Assembly: GCA_964016885.1 (NCBI GenBank)
Contig: OZ024741.1
Coordinates: forward strand, 5,394,001 to 5,458,000
Source of the DNA: Eledone cirrhosa
Taxonomy: Eukaryota
Reading direction: 5' to 3'
DNA: 64,000 bases
The notes under the pieces are model-generated. The model searched no databases. It was not told the DNA's origin and saw only the letters and a program-made list of their open reading frames with translations. The translations under genes were made by a program, and so were the position numbers. Shown here one piece after another: positions 23,934 to 36,700 of the stretch; position 1 is the first letter of the stretch, and each line of letters opens with the position of its first letter.

Positions 23934-26900
23934 GTGGTCCACTTGAGGAGGTTATTACAGTGGTCCACTTTAGGTTATTACAGTGGTCCACCTGAGGTTA
24001 TTACAGTGGTCCACTTGAGGAGGTTATTACAGTGGTCCACTTCAGGTTATTACAGTGGTGCACTTGAGGAGCCTATTACAGTGGTCCACTTGAGGTTATT
24101 AAAGTGGTCCACTTGAGGAGGTTATTACAGTGGTATATTTTAGGTGGCTATTACAGTGGTCCACTTGAGGAGGTTATTACAGTGGTCCACTTGAGGAGGT
24201 TATTACAGTGGTCCACTTGAGGAGGTTATTACAGTGGTCCACTTGAGGTTATTACAGTGGTCCACGTGAGGAGGCTATTACAGTGGTCCACTTGAGGTGG
24301 CTATTACAGTGGTCCACTTGACGAGGTTATTACGGTGGTCCACTTGAGGAGGCTATTACAGTGGTCCACTTGAGGAGGCTATTACAGAGGTCCACTTGAG
24401 GTGGTTATTACAGTGGTCCACTTGAGGTTATTACAGTGGTCCACTTGAGGAGGTTATTACAGTGGTCCACTTGAGGTTATTACAGTGGTCCACGTGAGGA
24501 GGCTATTACAGTGGTCCACTTGAGGAGGCTATTACAGTGGTCCACTTCAGGTTATTACAGTGGTGCACTTGAGGAGCCTATTACAGTGGTCCACTTGAGG
24601 TTATTAAAGTGGTCCACTTGAGGATGTTATTACAGTGGTACAGTTTAGGTGGCTATTACAGTGGTCCACTTGAGGAGGTTATTACAGTGGTCCACTTGAG
24701 GAGGTTATTACAGTGGTCCACTTGAGGAGGTTATTACAGTGGTCCACTTGAGGTTATTACAGTGGTCCACGTGAGGAGGCTATTACAGTGGTCCACTTGA
24801 GGTGGCTATTACAGTGGTCCACTTGACGAGGTTATTACGGTGGTCCACTTGAGGAGGCTATTACAGTGGTCAACTTGAGGAGGCTATTACAGAGGTCCAC
24901 TTGAGGTGGCTATTACAGTGGTCCACTTGAGGTTATTACAGTGGTCCACTTGAGGAGGTTATTACAGTGGTCCACTTGAGGAGGTTATTACAGTGGTCCA
25001 CTTGAGGTTATTACAGTGGTCCACGTGAGGAGGCTATTACAGTGGTCCACTTGAGGAGGCTATTACAGTGGTCCACTTGAGGAGGCTATTACAGTGGTCC
25101 ACTTGAGGTTATTACAGTGGTCCACTTGAGGAGGCTATTACAGAGGTCCACTTGAGGTTAATACAGTGGTCCACTTGAGGTTATTACAGTGGTCTTCTTG
25201 ATGTTATTACAGTGGTCCACTTGAAGTTATTACAGTGGTCCACTTGAGGAGGCTATTACAGAGGTCCACTTGAGATTATTACAGTGGTCCAATTGAGGAG
25301 GTTATTACAGTGGTCCACTTAAGGAGGTTATTACAGTGGTCCACTTGAGGAGACTATTACAGTGGTCCACTTGAGGAGGTTATTACAGTGGTCCACTTGA
25401 GGAGGTTATTACAGTGGTCCACTTGAGGTTATTACAGTGGTCCAATTGAGGAGGTTATTACAGTGGTCCACTTGAGGAGGTTATTACAGTGGTCCACTTG
25501 AGGTTATTACAGTGGTCCACTTGAGGTTATTACAGTTGTCCACTTGAGGAGGCTATTACAGTGGTCCACTTGATGTTATTACAGTGGTCCACTTGTGGAG
25601 GTTATTACAGTGGTCCACTTGAGGTTATTACAGTGGTCGACTTGAGGTTATTACAGTGGTCCACTTGAGGGGGCTATTACAGTGGTCCACTTGAGAAGGT
25701 TATTACAGTGGTCCACTTGAGGTTATTACAGTGGTCCACTTGAGGAGTTTATTACAGTGGTCCACTTGAGGGGTTATTACAGTGGTCCACTTGAGAAGGT
25801 TATTACAGTGGTCCACTTGAGGAGGTTATTACAGTGGTCCACTTGATGTTATTACAGTGGTCCACTTGAGGGGGTTATTACAGTGGTCCACTTGAGGTTA
25901 TTACAGTGGTCCACTTGAGGAGGTTATTACAGTGGTCCAATTGAGGAGGTTATTACAGTGGTCCACTTGAGGTTATTACAGTGGACCAATTGAGGAGGTT
26001 ATTACAGTGGTCCGCCTGAGGAGGTTATTACAGTGGTCCACTTGAGGTTACTACAGTGGTCCATTTGAGGAGGTTATTACAGTGGTCCACTTGAGGTTAT
26101 TACAGTGGTCCACTTGAGGAGGTTATTAGAGTGGTCCGTTTGAGGAGGTCATTACAGTGGTCCACTTGAGGTTATTACAGTGGTCCACTTGAGGAGGTTA
26201 TTACAGCGGTCCAATTGAGGAGGTTATTACAGTGGTCCACTTGAGGAGGTTATTACAGTGGTCCACTTGAGGAAGTTATTGCAGTGGTCCAATTGAGGAG
26301 TTTATTACAGTGGTCCACTTGAGGAGGTTATTACAGTGGTCCAGTTGAGGTTATTACAGTGGTACACTAGAGGAGGTTATTACAGTGGTCCACTTGAGGT
26401 TATTACAGTGGTCCACTTGAGGAGGTTATTACAGTGGTCCACTTGAGGTTATTACAGTGGTCCACTTGAGGAGGCTATTACAGTGGTCCACTTGAGGTTA
26501 TTACAGTGGTCCACTTGAGGAGGTTATTACAGTGGTCCACTTGAGGTTATTACAGTGGTCCACTTGAGGAGGTTATTACAGTGGTCCAATTGAGGAGGTT
26601 ATTACAGTGGTCCACTTGAGGTTATTACAGTGGGCCACTAGAGGAGGTTATTACAGTGGTCCACTTGAGGTTATTACAGTGGTCCACTTGAGGAGGCTAT
26701 TACAGTGGTCCACTTGAGGAGGTTATTACAGTGGTCCACTTGAGGAGGTTATTACAGTAGTCCACTTGAGGTGGTTATTACAGTGGTCCACTTGAGGAGG
26801 TTATTACAGTGGTCCACTTGAGGTTATTACAGTGGTCCACTTGAGGAGGCTATTACAGTGGTCCACTTGAGGTTATTACAGTGGTCCACTTGAGGAGGTT

Positions 26901-29900
26901 ATTACAGTGGTCCACTTGAGGTTATTACAGTGGTCCACTTGAGGAGGTTATTACAGTGGTCCAATTGAGGAGGTTATTACAGTGGTCCACTTGAGGTTAT
27001 TACAGTGGGCCACTAGAGGAGGTTATTACAGTGGTCCACTTGAGGTTATTACAGTGGTCCACTTGAGGAGGCTATTACAGTGGTCCACTTGAGGAGGTTA
27101 TTACAGTGGTCCACTTGAGGAGGTTATTACAGTAGTCCACTTGAGGTGGTTATTACAGTGGTCCACTTGAGGTGGTTATTACAGTGGTCCACTTGAGGAG
27201 GCTATTACAGTGGTCCACTTGAGGAGGTTATTACAGTGGTCCACTTGAGGTTATTACAGTGGTCCACTTGAGGTTATTATAGTGGTTCACTTGAGGAGGC
27301 TATTACAGTGGTCCACTTGAGGTTATTACAGTGGTCCACTTGAGGAGGCTATTAAAGTGGTCCACTTGAGGTTATTACAGTGATCCACTTGAGGAGGCTA
27401 TTACAGTGGTCCACTTGAGGTTATTTCAGTGATCCACTTGAGGAGGTTATTACAGTGGTCCACTTGAGGTTATTACAGTGGTCCACTTGAGGTTATTACA
27501 GTGGTCCACTTGAGGGGGCTATTACAGTGGTCCACTTGAGAAGGTTATTACAGTGGTCAAGTTGAGGTTATTACAGTGGTCCCCTTGAGGAGGCTATTAC
27601 AGTGGTCCACTTGAGAAGGCTATTACAGTGGTCCACTTGAGAAGGTTATTACAGTGGTCCACTTGAGGTTATTACAGTGGACCATTTGAGGAGGTTATTA
27701 TAGTGCTCCACTTGAGGAGGTTATTACAGTGGTCCACTTGAGGAGGTTATTACAGTGGTCCACTTGAGGAGGTTATTACAGTGGTCCACTTGAGGAGGTT
27801 ATTACAGTGGTCCACTTGAGGTGGCTATTACAGTGGTTCACTTGAGGTTATTACATTGGTCCAATTGAGGAGGTTATTACAGTGGTCCACTTGAGGAGGC
27901 TATTACAGTGGTCCACTTGAGGTTATTACAGTGGTCCACTTGAGGAGGTTAATACAGTGGTCCACTTGAGTTTATTACAGTGGTCCACTTGAGGAGGCTA
28001 TTACAGTGGTCCACTTGAGGAGGTTATTACAGTGGTCCACTTGAGGTTATTACAGTGGTCCACTTGTGGAGGCTATTACAGTGGTCCACTTGAGGTTATT
28101 ACAGTGGTCCACTTGAGGAGGTTATTACAGTGGTCCACTTGAGGTTATTACAGTGGTCCACTTGAGGAGGCTATTACAGTGGTCCATTTGAGGTTATTAC
28201 AGTGGTCCACTTGAGGAGGTTATTACAGTGGTCCACTTGAGGTTATTACAGTGGTCCACTTGAGGTTATTACAGTTGTCCACTTGATGTTATTACAGTGG
28301 TCCACTTGAGGAGGCTATTACAGTGGTCCACTTGAGGTTATTACAGTGATCCACTTGAGGAGGTTATTACAGTGGTCCATTTGAGGTTATTACAGTGATC
28401 CACTTGAGGTTATTACAGTGGTCCACTTGAGGAGGCTATTACAGTGGTCCACTTGAGGTTATTACAGTTGTCCACTTGAGGAAGCTATTACAGTGGTCCA
28501 CTTGAGGTTATTACAGTGGTCCACTTGAGGAGGCTATTAGAGTGGTCCACTTGAGGTTATTACAGTGGTCCACTTCAGGTTATTACAGTGGTCCACTTGA
28601 GGAGGCTATTACAGTGGTCCACTTGATGTTATTACAGTGGTCCACTTGTGGAGGTTATTACAGTGGTCCACTTGAGGTTATTACAGTGGTCGACTTGAGG
28701 TTATTACAGTGGTCCACTTGTGGAGGTTATTACAATGGTCCACTTGAGGAGGTTATTACAGTGGTCCACTTGAGGTTATTACAGTGGTCCACTTGAGGAG
28801 GTTATTACAGTGGTCCACTTGAGGTTATTACAGTGGTCCACTTGAGGATTTTATTACAGTGGTCCACTTGAGGTTATTACAATGGTCCACATGAGGATTT
28901 TATTACAGTGTTCCACTTGAGGAGGTTATTACAGTGGTCCACTTGAGGAGGTTATTACAGTGGTCCACTTGAGATTATTACAGTGGTCCACTTGAGGTTA
29001 TTACAGTGGTCCACTTGAGGTGGCTATTAAAGTGGTCCACTTGTGGACGTTATTACAGTGGTCCACTTGAGGTTATTACAGTGGTCCACTTGAGGTGGCT
29101 ATTACAGTGGTCCACTTGAGGAGGCTATTACAGTGGTCCACTTGAGGAGGTTATTACAGTGGTCCACTTGAGGAGGTTATTACAGTGGTCCACTTGAGGT
29201 TATTACAGTGGTCCAATTGAGGAGGTTATTACAGTGGTCCACTTGAGGAGGTTATTACAGTGGTCCACTTGAGGTTATTACAGTGTTCCACTTGAGGTGG
29301 TTACTACAGTGGTCCACTTGAGGAGGTTATTACAGTGGTCCACTTGAGGTTATTACAGTGGTCCACTTGAGGAGGCTATTACAGTGGTCCACTTAAGGTT
29401 ATTACAGTGGTCCACTTGAGGAGGTTATTACAGTGGCCCAGTTGAGGAGGTTATTACAGTGGTCCACTTGAGGCTATTACAGTGGTCCACTTGAGGAGGC
29501 CATTACAGTGGTCCACTTGAGGTTATTACAGTGGTCCACTTGAGGAGGCTATTACAGCGGTCCAATTGAGGTTATTACAGTGGTCCACTTGAGGAGGTTA
29601 TTACAGTGGTCCACTTGAGGTTATTACAGTGGTCCACTTGAGGAGGCTATTACAGTGGTCCACTTGAGAAGGTTATTACAGTGGCCCACTTGAGGTTATT
29701 ACAGTGGTCCACTTGAGGATGTTTTTAGAGTTGTCAACTTGAGGAGGTTATTACAGTGGTCCAATTGAGAAGGGTATTACAGTGGTCCACTTGAGGAGGC
29801 TATTACAGTGGTCCACTTGAGAAGGTCATTACAGTGGCCCACTTGAGGTTATTACAGTGGTCCACTTGAGGATGTTTTTAGAGTTGTCCACTTGAGGAGG

Positions 29901-30799
29901 TTATTACAGTGGTCCAATTGATAAGGTTATTACAGTGGTCCACTTGAGGTCATTACAGTGGTCCACTTGAGGTGGTTATTACAGCGGTCCACTTGAGGTT
30001 ATTAAAGTAGTCCAATTGAGGTTATTACAGTGGTCCACTTGAGGTTATTCCAGTGGTCCACTTGAGGAGGTTATTACAGTGGTCCACTTGAGGTTATTAC
30101 AGTGGTCCACTTGAGGTTATTACAGTGGTCCACTTGTAGGGGTTATTACAGTGGTGCACTTCAGGTTATTACAGTGGTCCACATGAGGATTTTATTACAG
30201 TGGTCCACTTGAGGTGGCTATTACAGTGGTCCACTTGAGGAGGTTATTACAGTGGTCCACTTGAGGTTATTACAGTGGTCCACTTGAGGTTATTACAGTG
30301 GTCCACTTGAGAAGGTTATTACAGTGGTCCACTTGAGGAGGTTATTACAATGGTCCACTTGGGGAGGTTATTACAGTGGTCCTCTTGAGGAGGCTATTAC
30401 AGTGGTCCACTTGAGGTTATTACAGTGGTCCACTTGAGGAGGTTATTACAGTGGTCCACTTGAGGAGGCTATTACAGTGGTCCACTTGAGGTTATTACAG
30501 TGGTCCACTTGAGGAGGTTATTACAGTGGTCCACTTGAGGAGGTTATTACAGTGGTCCACTTGAGGTTAATACAGAGGTCCACTTGAGGAGGTTATTACA
30601 GTGGTCCACTTGAGGTTATTACAGTGGTCCATTTGAGGAGGTTATTACAGTGGTCCACTTGAGGAGGTTATTACAGTGGTCCACTTGAGGTTATTACAGT
30701 GGTCCACTTGTAGAGGTTATTACAGTGGTGCACTTCAGGTTATTACAGTGGTCCACATGAGGATTTTATTACAGTGGTCCACTTGAGGTAGCTATTACA
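23934..30799 (+). repeat. Higher-order block V, copy 1 (6,866 bp)
   Basis: Landmarks 23934 and 30800. V-specific markers are GGTACAGTTT, TCCGCCTGAGG, GAAGTTATTGCAG and a doubled GGGCCACTAG. Confidence 0.87.
26400..27175 (+). repeat. 375-bp-period (15-monomer) internal duplication specific to block V
   Basis: GGGCCACTAG at 26632/27007 and AGTAGTCC at 26756/27131; repeated at 53332/53707; single copy in X (~8426, ~37991). Confidence 0.88.
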
Positions 30800-33700
30800 G
30801 TGGTCCACTTGAGGAGGTTATTACAGTGGTCCACTTTAGGTTATTACAGTGGTCCACATGAGGTTATTACAGTGGTCCACTTGAGGAGGTTATTACAGTG
30901 GTCCACTTCAGGTTATTACAGTGGTGCACTTGAGGAGCCTATTACAGTGGTCCACTTGAGGTTATTAAAGTGGTCCACTTGAGGAGGTTATTACAGTGGT
31001 ACATTTTAGGTGGCTATTACAGTGGTCCACTTGAGGAGGTTATTACAGTGGTCCACTTGAGGAGGTTATTACAGTGGTCCACTTGAGGAGGTTATTACAG
31101 TGGTCCACTTGAGGTTATTACAGTGGTCCACGTGAGGAGGCTATTACAGTGGTCCACTTGAGGTGGCTATTACAGTGGTCCACTTGACGAGGTTATTACG
31201 GTGGTCCACTTGAGGAGGCTATTACAGTGGTCCACTTGAGGAGGCTATTACAGAGGTCCACTTGAGGTGGCTATTACAGTGGTCCACTTGAGGTTATTAC
31301 AGTGGTCCACTTGAGGAGGTTATTACAGTGGTCCACTTGAGGTTATTACAGTGGTCCACGTGAGGAGGCTATTACAGTGGTCCACTTGAGGAGGCTATTA
31401 CAGTGGTCCACTTGAGGAGGCTATTACAGTGGTCCACTTGAGGTTATTACAGTGGTCCACTTGAGTAGGCTATTACAGAGGTCCACTTGAGGTTATTACA
31501 GTGGTCCACTTGAGGTTATTACAGTGGTCTTCTTGATGTTATTACAGTGGTCCACTTGAAGTTATTACAGTGGTCCACTTGAGGAGGCTATTACAGAGGT
31601 CCACTTGAGATTATTACAGTGGTCCACTTGAGGAGGTTATTACAGTGGTCCACTTAAGGAGGTTATTACAGTGGTCCACTTGAGGAGACTATTACAGTGG
31701 TTCACTTGAGGAGGTTATTACAGTGGTCCACTTGAGGAGGTTATTACAGTGGTCCACTTGAGGTTATTACAGTGGTCCAATTGAGGAGGTTATTACAGTG
31801 GTCCACTTGAGGAGGCTATTACAGTGGTCCATTTGAGGTTATTACAGTGGTCCACTTGAGGAGGTTATTACAGTGGTCCACTTGAGGTTATTACAGTGGT
31901 CCACTTGAGGTTATTACAGTTGTCCACTTGAGGTTATTACAGTGGTCCACTTGAGGAGGCTATTACAGTGGTCCACTTGAGGTTATTACAGTGATCCACT
32001 TGAGGAGGTTATTACAGTGGTCCACTTGAGGTTATTACAGTGGTCCACTTGAGGTTATTACAGTTGTCCACTTGAGGAGGCTATTACAGTGGTCCACTTG
32101 AGGTTATTACAGTTGTCCACTTGAGGAAGCTATTACAGTGGTCCACTTGAGGTTATTACAGTGGTCCACTTGAGGAAGCTATTACAGTGGTCCACTTGAG
32201 GTTATTACAGTGGTCCACTTGAGGAGGCTATTACAGTGGTCCACTTGAGGTTATTACAGTGGTCCATTTGAGGAGGTTATTACAGTGGTCCACTTGAGGA
32301 GGCTATTACAGTGGTCCACTTGAGGTTATTACAGTGGTCCACTTGAGGAGGTTATTACAGTGGTCCACTTGAGGAGGTTATTACAGTGGTCCACTTGAGG
32401 TTAATACAGAGGTCCACTTGAGGAGGTTATTACAGTGGTCCACTTGAGGTTATTACAGTGGTCCATTTGAGGAGGTTATTACAGTGGTCCACTTGAGGAG
32501 GTTATTACAGTGGTCCACTTGAGGTTATTACAGTGGTCCACTTCAGGAGGCTATTACAGTGGTCCACTTGAAGAGGCTATTACAGTGGTCCACTTGAGAA
32601 GGTTATTACAGTGGTCCTCTTGAGGTTATTACAGTGGTCCACTTGAGGAGGCTATTAGAGTGGTCCACTTGAGGAGGTTATTACAGTGGTCCACTTGAGA
32701 AGGTTATTACAGTGGTTCACTTGAGGTTATTACAGTGGTCAACTTGAGGAGGCTATTACAGTGGTCCACTTGAGGTGGTTATTACAGCGGTCCACTTGAG
32801 GTTATTACAGTGGTCCACTTGAGGCTATTACAGTGGTCCACTTGCGGAGGCTATTACAGAGGTCCACTTGAGGAGGTTATTATAGGGGTCCACTTGAGGT
32901 GGTTATTACAGTGGTCCACTTGAGAAGGTTATTACGGTGGTCCAGTTTAGGTTATTACAGTGGTCCACTTGTGGAGGTTATTACAGTGGTCAACTTGAGG
33001 TTATTACAGTGGTCCACTTGAGGAGGTTATTACAGTGGTCCACTTGAAGAGGTTATTACAGTGGTCCACTTGAGGTTATTACAGTGGTCCACTTGAGGAG
33101 GTTATTACAGTGGTCCACTTCAGGTTATTACAGTGGTCCACTTGAGGTGGCTATTACAGTGGTCCACTTGAGGAGGCTATTACAGTGGTCCACTTGAGGA
33201 GGTTATTACAGTGGTCCACTTGAGGAGGTTATTACAGTGGTCCACTTGAGGTGGCTATTACAGTGGTTCACTTGAGGTTATTACAGTGGTTCAATTGAGG
33301 AGGTTATTACAGTGGTCCACTTGAGGTTATTACAGTGGTCCAATTGAGGAGGTTATTACAGTGGTCCACTTGAGGAGGTTATTACAGTGGTCCACTTGAG
33401 GTTATTACAGTGTTCCACTTGAGGTGGTTACTACAGTGGTCCACTTGAGGAGGTTATTACAGTGGTCCACTTGAGGTTATTACAGTGGTCCACTTGAGGA
33501 CGCTATTACAGTGGTCCACTTAAGGTTATTACAGTGGTCCACTTGAGGAGGTTATTACAGTGGTCCACTTGAGGCTATTACAGTGGTCCACTTGAGGAGG
33601 CCATTACAGTGGTCCACTTGAGGTTATTACAGTGGTCCACTTGAGGAGGCTATTACAGCGGTCCACTTGAGGTTATTACAGTGTTCCACTTGAGGTTATT

Positions 33701-36700
33701 ACAGTGGTCCACTTGAGGAGGCTATTACAGTGGTCCACTTGAGAAGGTTATTACAGTGGCCCACTTGAGGTTATAACAGTGGTCCACTTGAGGATGTTTT
33801 TAGAGTTGTCCACTTGAGGAGGTTATTACAGTGGTCCAATTGAGAAGGGTATTACAGTGGTCCACTTGAGGAGGCTATTACAGTGGTCCACTTGAGAAGG
33901 TCATTACAGTGGCCCACTTGAGGTTATTACAGTGGTCCACTTGAGGATGTTTTTAGAGTTGTCCACTTGAGGAGGTTATTACAGTGGTCCAATTGAGAAG
34001 GTTATTACAGTGGTCCACTTGAGGTTATTACAGTGGTCCACTTGAGGTTATTACAGTGGTCCACTTGTAGGGGTTATTACAGTGGTGCACATCAGGTTAT
34101 TACAGTGGTCCACATGAGGTGGCTATTACAGTGGTCCACTTGAGGAGGTTATTACAGTGGTCCACTTGAGGTTATTACAGTGGTCCACTTGAGGTTATTA
34201 CAGTGGTCCACTTGAGAAGGTTATTACAGTGGTCCACTTGAGGAGGTTATTACAATGGTCCACTTGGGGAGGTTATTACAGTGGTCCACATGAGGTGGCT
34301 ATTACAGTGGTCCACTTGAGGAGGTTATTACAGTGGTCCACTTGAGGTTATTACAGTGGTCCACTTGAGGTTATAACAGTGGTCCACTTGAGAAGGTTAT
34401 TACAGTGGTCCACTTGAGGAGGTCATTACAGTGGTCCACTTGAGGTGGTTATTACAGCGGTCCACTTGAGGTTATTAAAGTAGTCCAATTGAGGTTATTA
34501 CAGTGGTCCACTTGAGGTTATTCCAGTGGTCCACTTGAGGAGGTTATTACAGTGGTCCACTTGAGGTTATTACAGTGGTCCACTTGAGGTTATTACAGTG
34601 GTCCACTTGTAGGGGTTATTACAGTGGTGCACATCAGGTTATTACAGTGGTCCACACGAGGTGGCTATTACAGTGGTCCACTTGAGGAGGTTATTACAGT
34701 GGTCCACTTGAGGTTATTACAGTGGTCCACTTGAGGTTATTACAGTGGTCCACTTGAGAAGGTTATTACAGTGGTCCACTTGAGGAGGTTATTACAATGG
34801 TCCACTTGGGGAGGTTATTACAGTGGTCCTCTTGAGGAGGCTATTACAGTGGTCCACTTGATGTTATTACAGTCGTCCACTTGAGGAGGTTATTACAGTG
34901 GTCCACTTGAGGAGGCTATTACAGTGGTCCACTTGAGGTTATTACAGTGGTCCACTTGAGGAGGTTATTACAGTGGTCCACTTGAGGAGGTTATTACAGT
35001 GGTCCACTTGAGGTTAATACAGAGGTCCACTTGAGGAGGTTATTACAGTGGTCCACTTGAGGTTATTACAGTGGTCCATTTGAGGAGGTTATTACAGTGG
35101 TCCACTTGAGGAGGTTATTACAGTGGTCAACTTGAGGTTATTACAGTGGTCCACTTGAGGAGGTTATTACAGTGGTCCACTTGAAGAGGTTATTACAGTG
35201 GTCCACTTGAGGTGGCTATTACAGTGGTCCACTTGACGAGGTTATTACGGTGGTCCACTTGAGGAGGCTATTACAGTGGTCCACTTGAGGAGGCTATTAC
35301 AGAGGTCCACTTGAGGTGGTTATTACAGTGGTCCACTTGAGGTTATTACAGTGGTCCACTTGAGGAGGTTATTACAGTGGTCCACTTGAGGTTATTACAG
35401 TGGTCCACGTGAGGAGGCTATTACAGTGGTCCACTTGAGGAGGCTATTACAGTGGTCCACTTCAGGTTATTACAGTGGTGCACTTGAGGAGCCTATTACA
35501 GTGGTCCACTTGAGGTTATTAAAGTGGTCCACTTGAGGATGTTATTACAGTGGTACATTTTAGGTGGCTATTACAGTGGTCCACTTGAGGAGGTTATTAC
35601 AGTGGTCCACTTGAGGAGGTTATTACAGTGGTCCACTTGAGGAGGTTATTACAGTGGTCCACTTGAGGTTATTACAGTGGTCCATGTGAGGAGGCTATTA
35701 CAGTGGTCCACTTGAGGTGGCTATTACAGTGGTCCACTTGACGAGGTTATTACGGTGGTCCACTTGAGGAGGCTATTACAGTGGTCCACTTGAGGAGGCT
35801 ATTACAGAGGTCCACTTGAGGTGGCTATTACAGTGGTCCACTTGAGGTTATTACAGTGGTCCACTTGAGGAGGTTATTACAGTGGTTCACTTGAGGTTAT
35901 TACAGTGGTCCACGTGAGGAGGCTATTACAGTGGTCCACTTGAGGAGGCTATTACAGTGGTCCACTTGAGGAGGTTATTACAGTGGTCCACTTGAGGTTA
36001 TTACAGTGGTCCACTTGAGGAGGCTATTACAGAGGTCCACTTGAGATTATTACAGTGGTCCACTTGAGGAGGTTATTACAGTGGTCCACTTAAGGAGGTT
36101 ATTACAGTGGTCCACTTGAGGAGACTATTACAGTGGTTCACTTGAGGAGGTTATTACAGTGGTCCACTTGAGGAGGTTATTACAGTGGTCCACTTGAGGT
36201 TATTACAGTGGTCCAATTGAGGAGGTTATTACAGTGGTCCACTTGAGGAGGCTATTACAGTGGTCCACTTGAGGAGGTTATTACAGTGGTCCACTTGAGC
36301 TCATTACAGTGGTCCACTTGAGGAGGTTATTACAGTGGTCCACTTGAGGAGGTTATTACAGTGGTCCACTTGTGGTTATTACAGTGGTCCACTTGAGGAG
36401 GCTATTACAGTGGTCCATTTGAGGTTATTACAGTGGTCCACTTGAGGAGGTTATTACAGTGGTCCACTTGAGGTTATTACAGTGGTCCACTTGAGGTTAT
36501 TACAGTTGTCCACTTGAGGTTATAACAGTGGTCCACTTGAGGAGGCTATTACAGTGGTCCACTTGAGGTTATTACAGTGATCCACTTGAGGAGGTTATTA
36601 CAGTGGTCCACTTGAGGTTATTACAGTGGTCCACTTGAGGTTATTACAGTGGTCCACTTGAGGAGGCTATTACAGTGGTCCACTTGAGGTTATTACAGTT

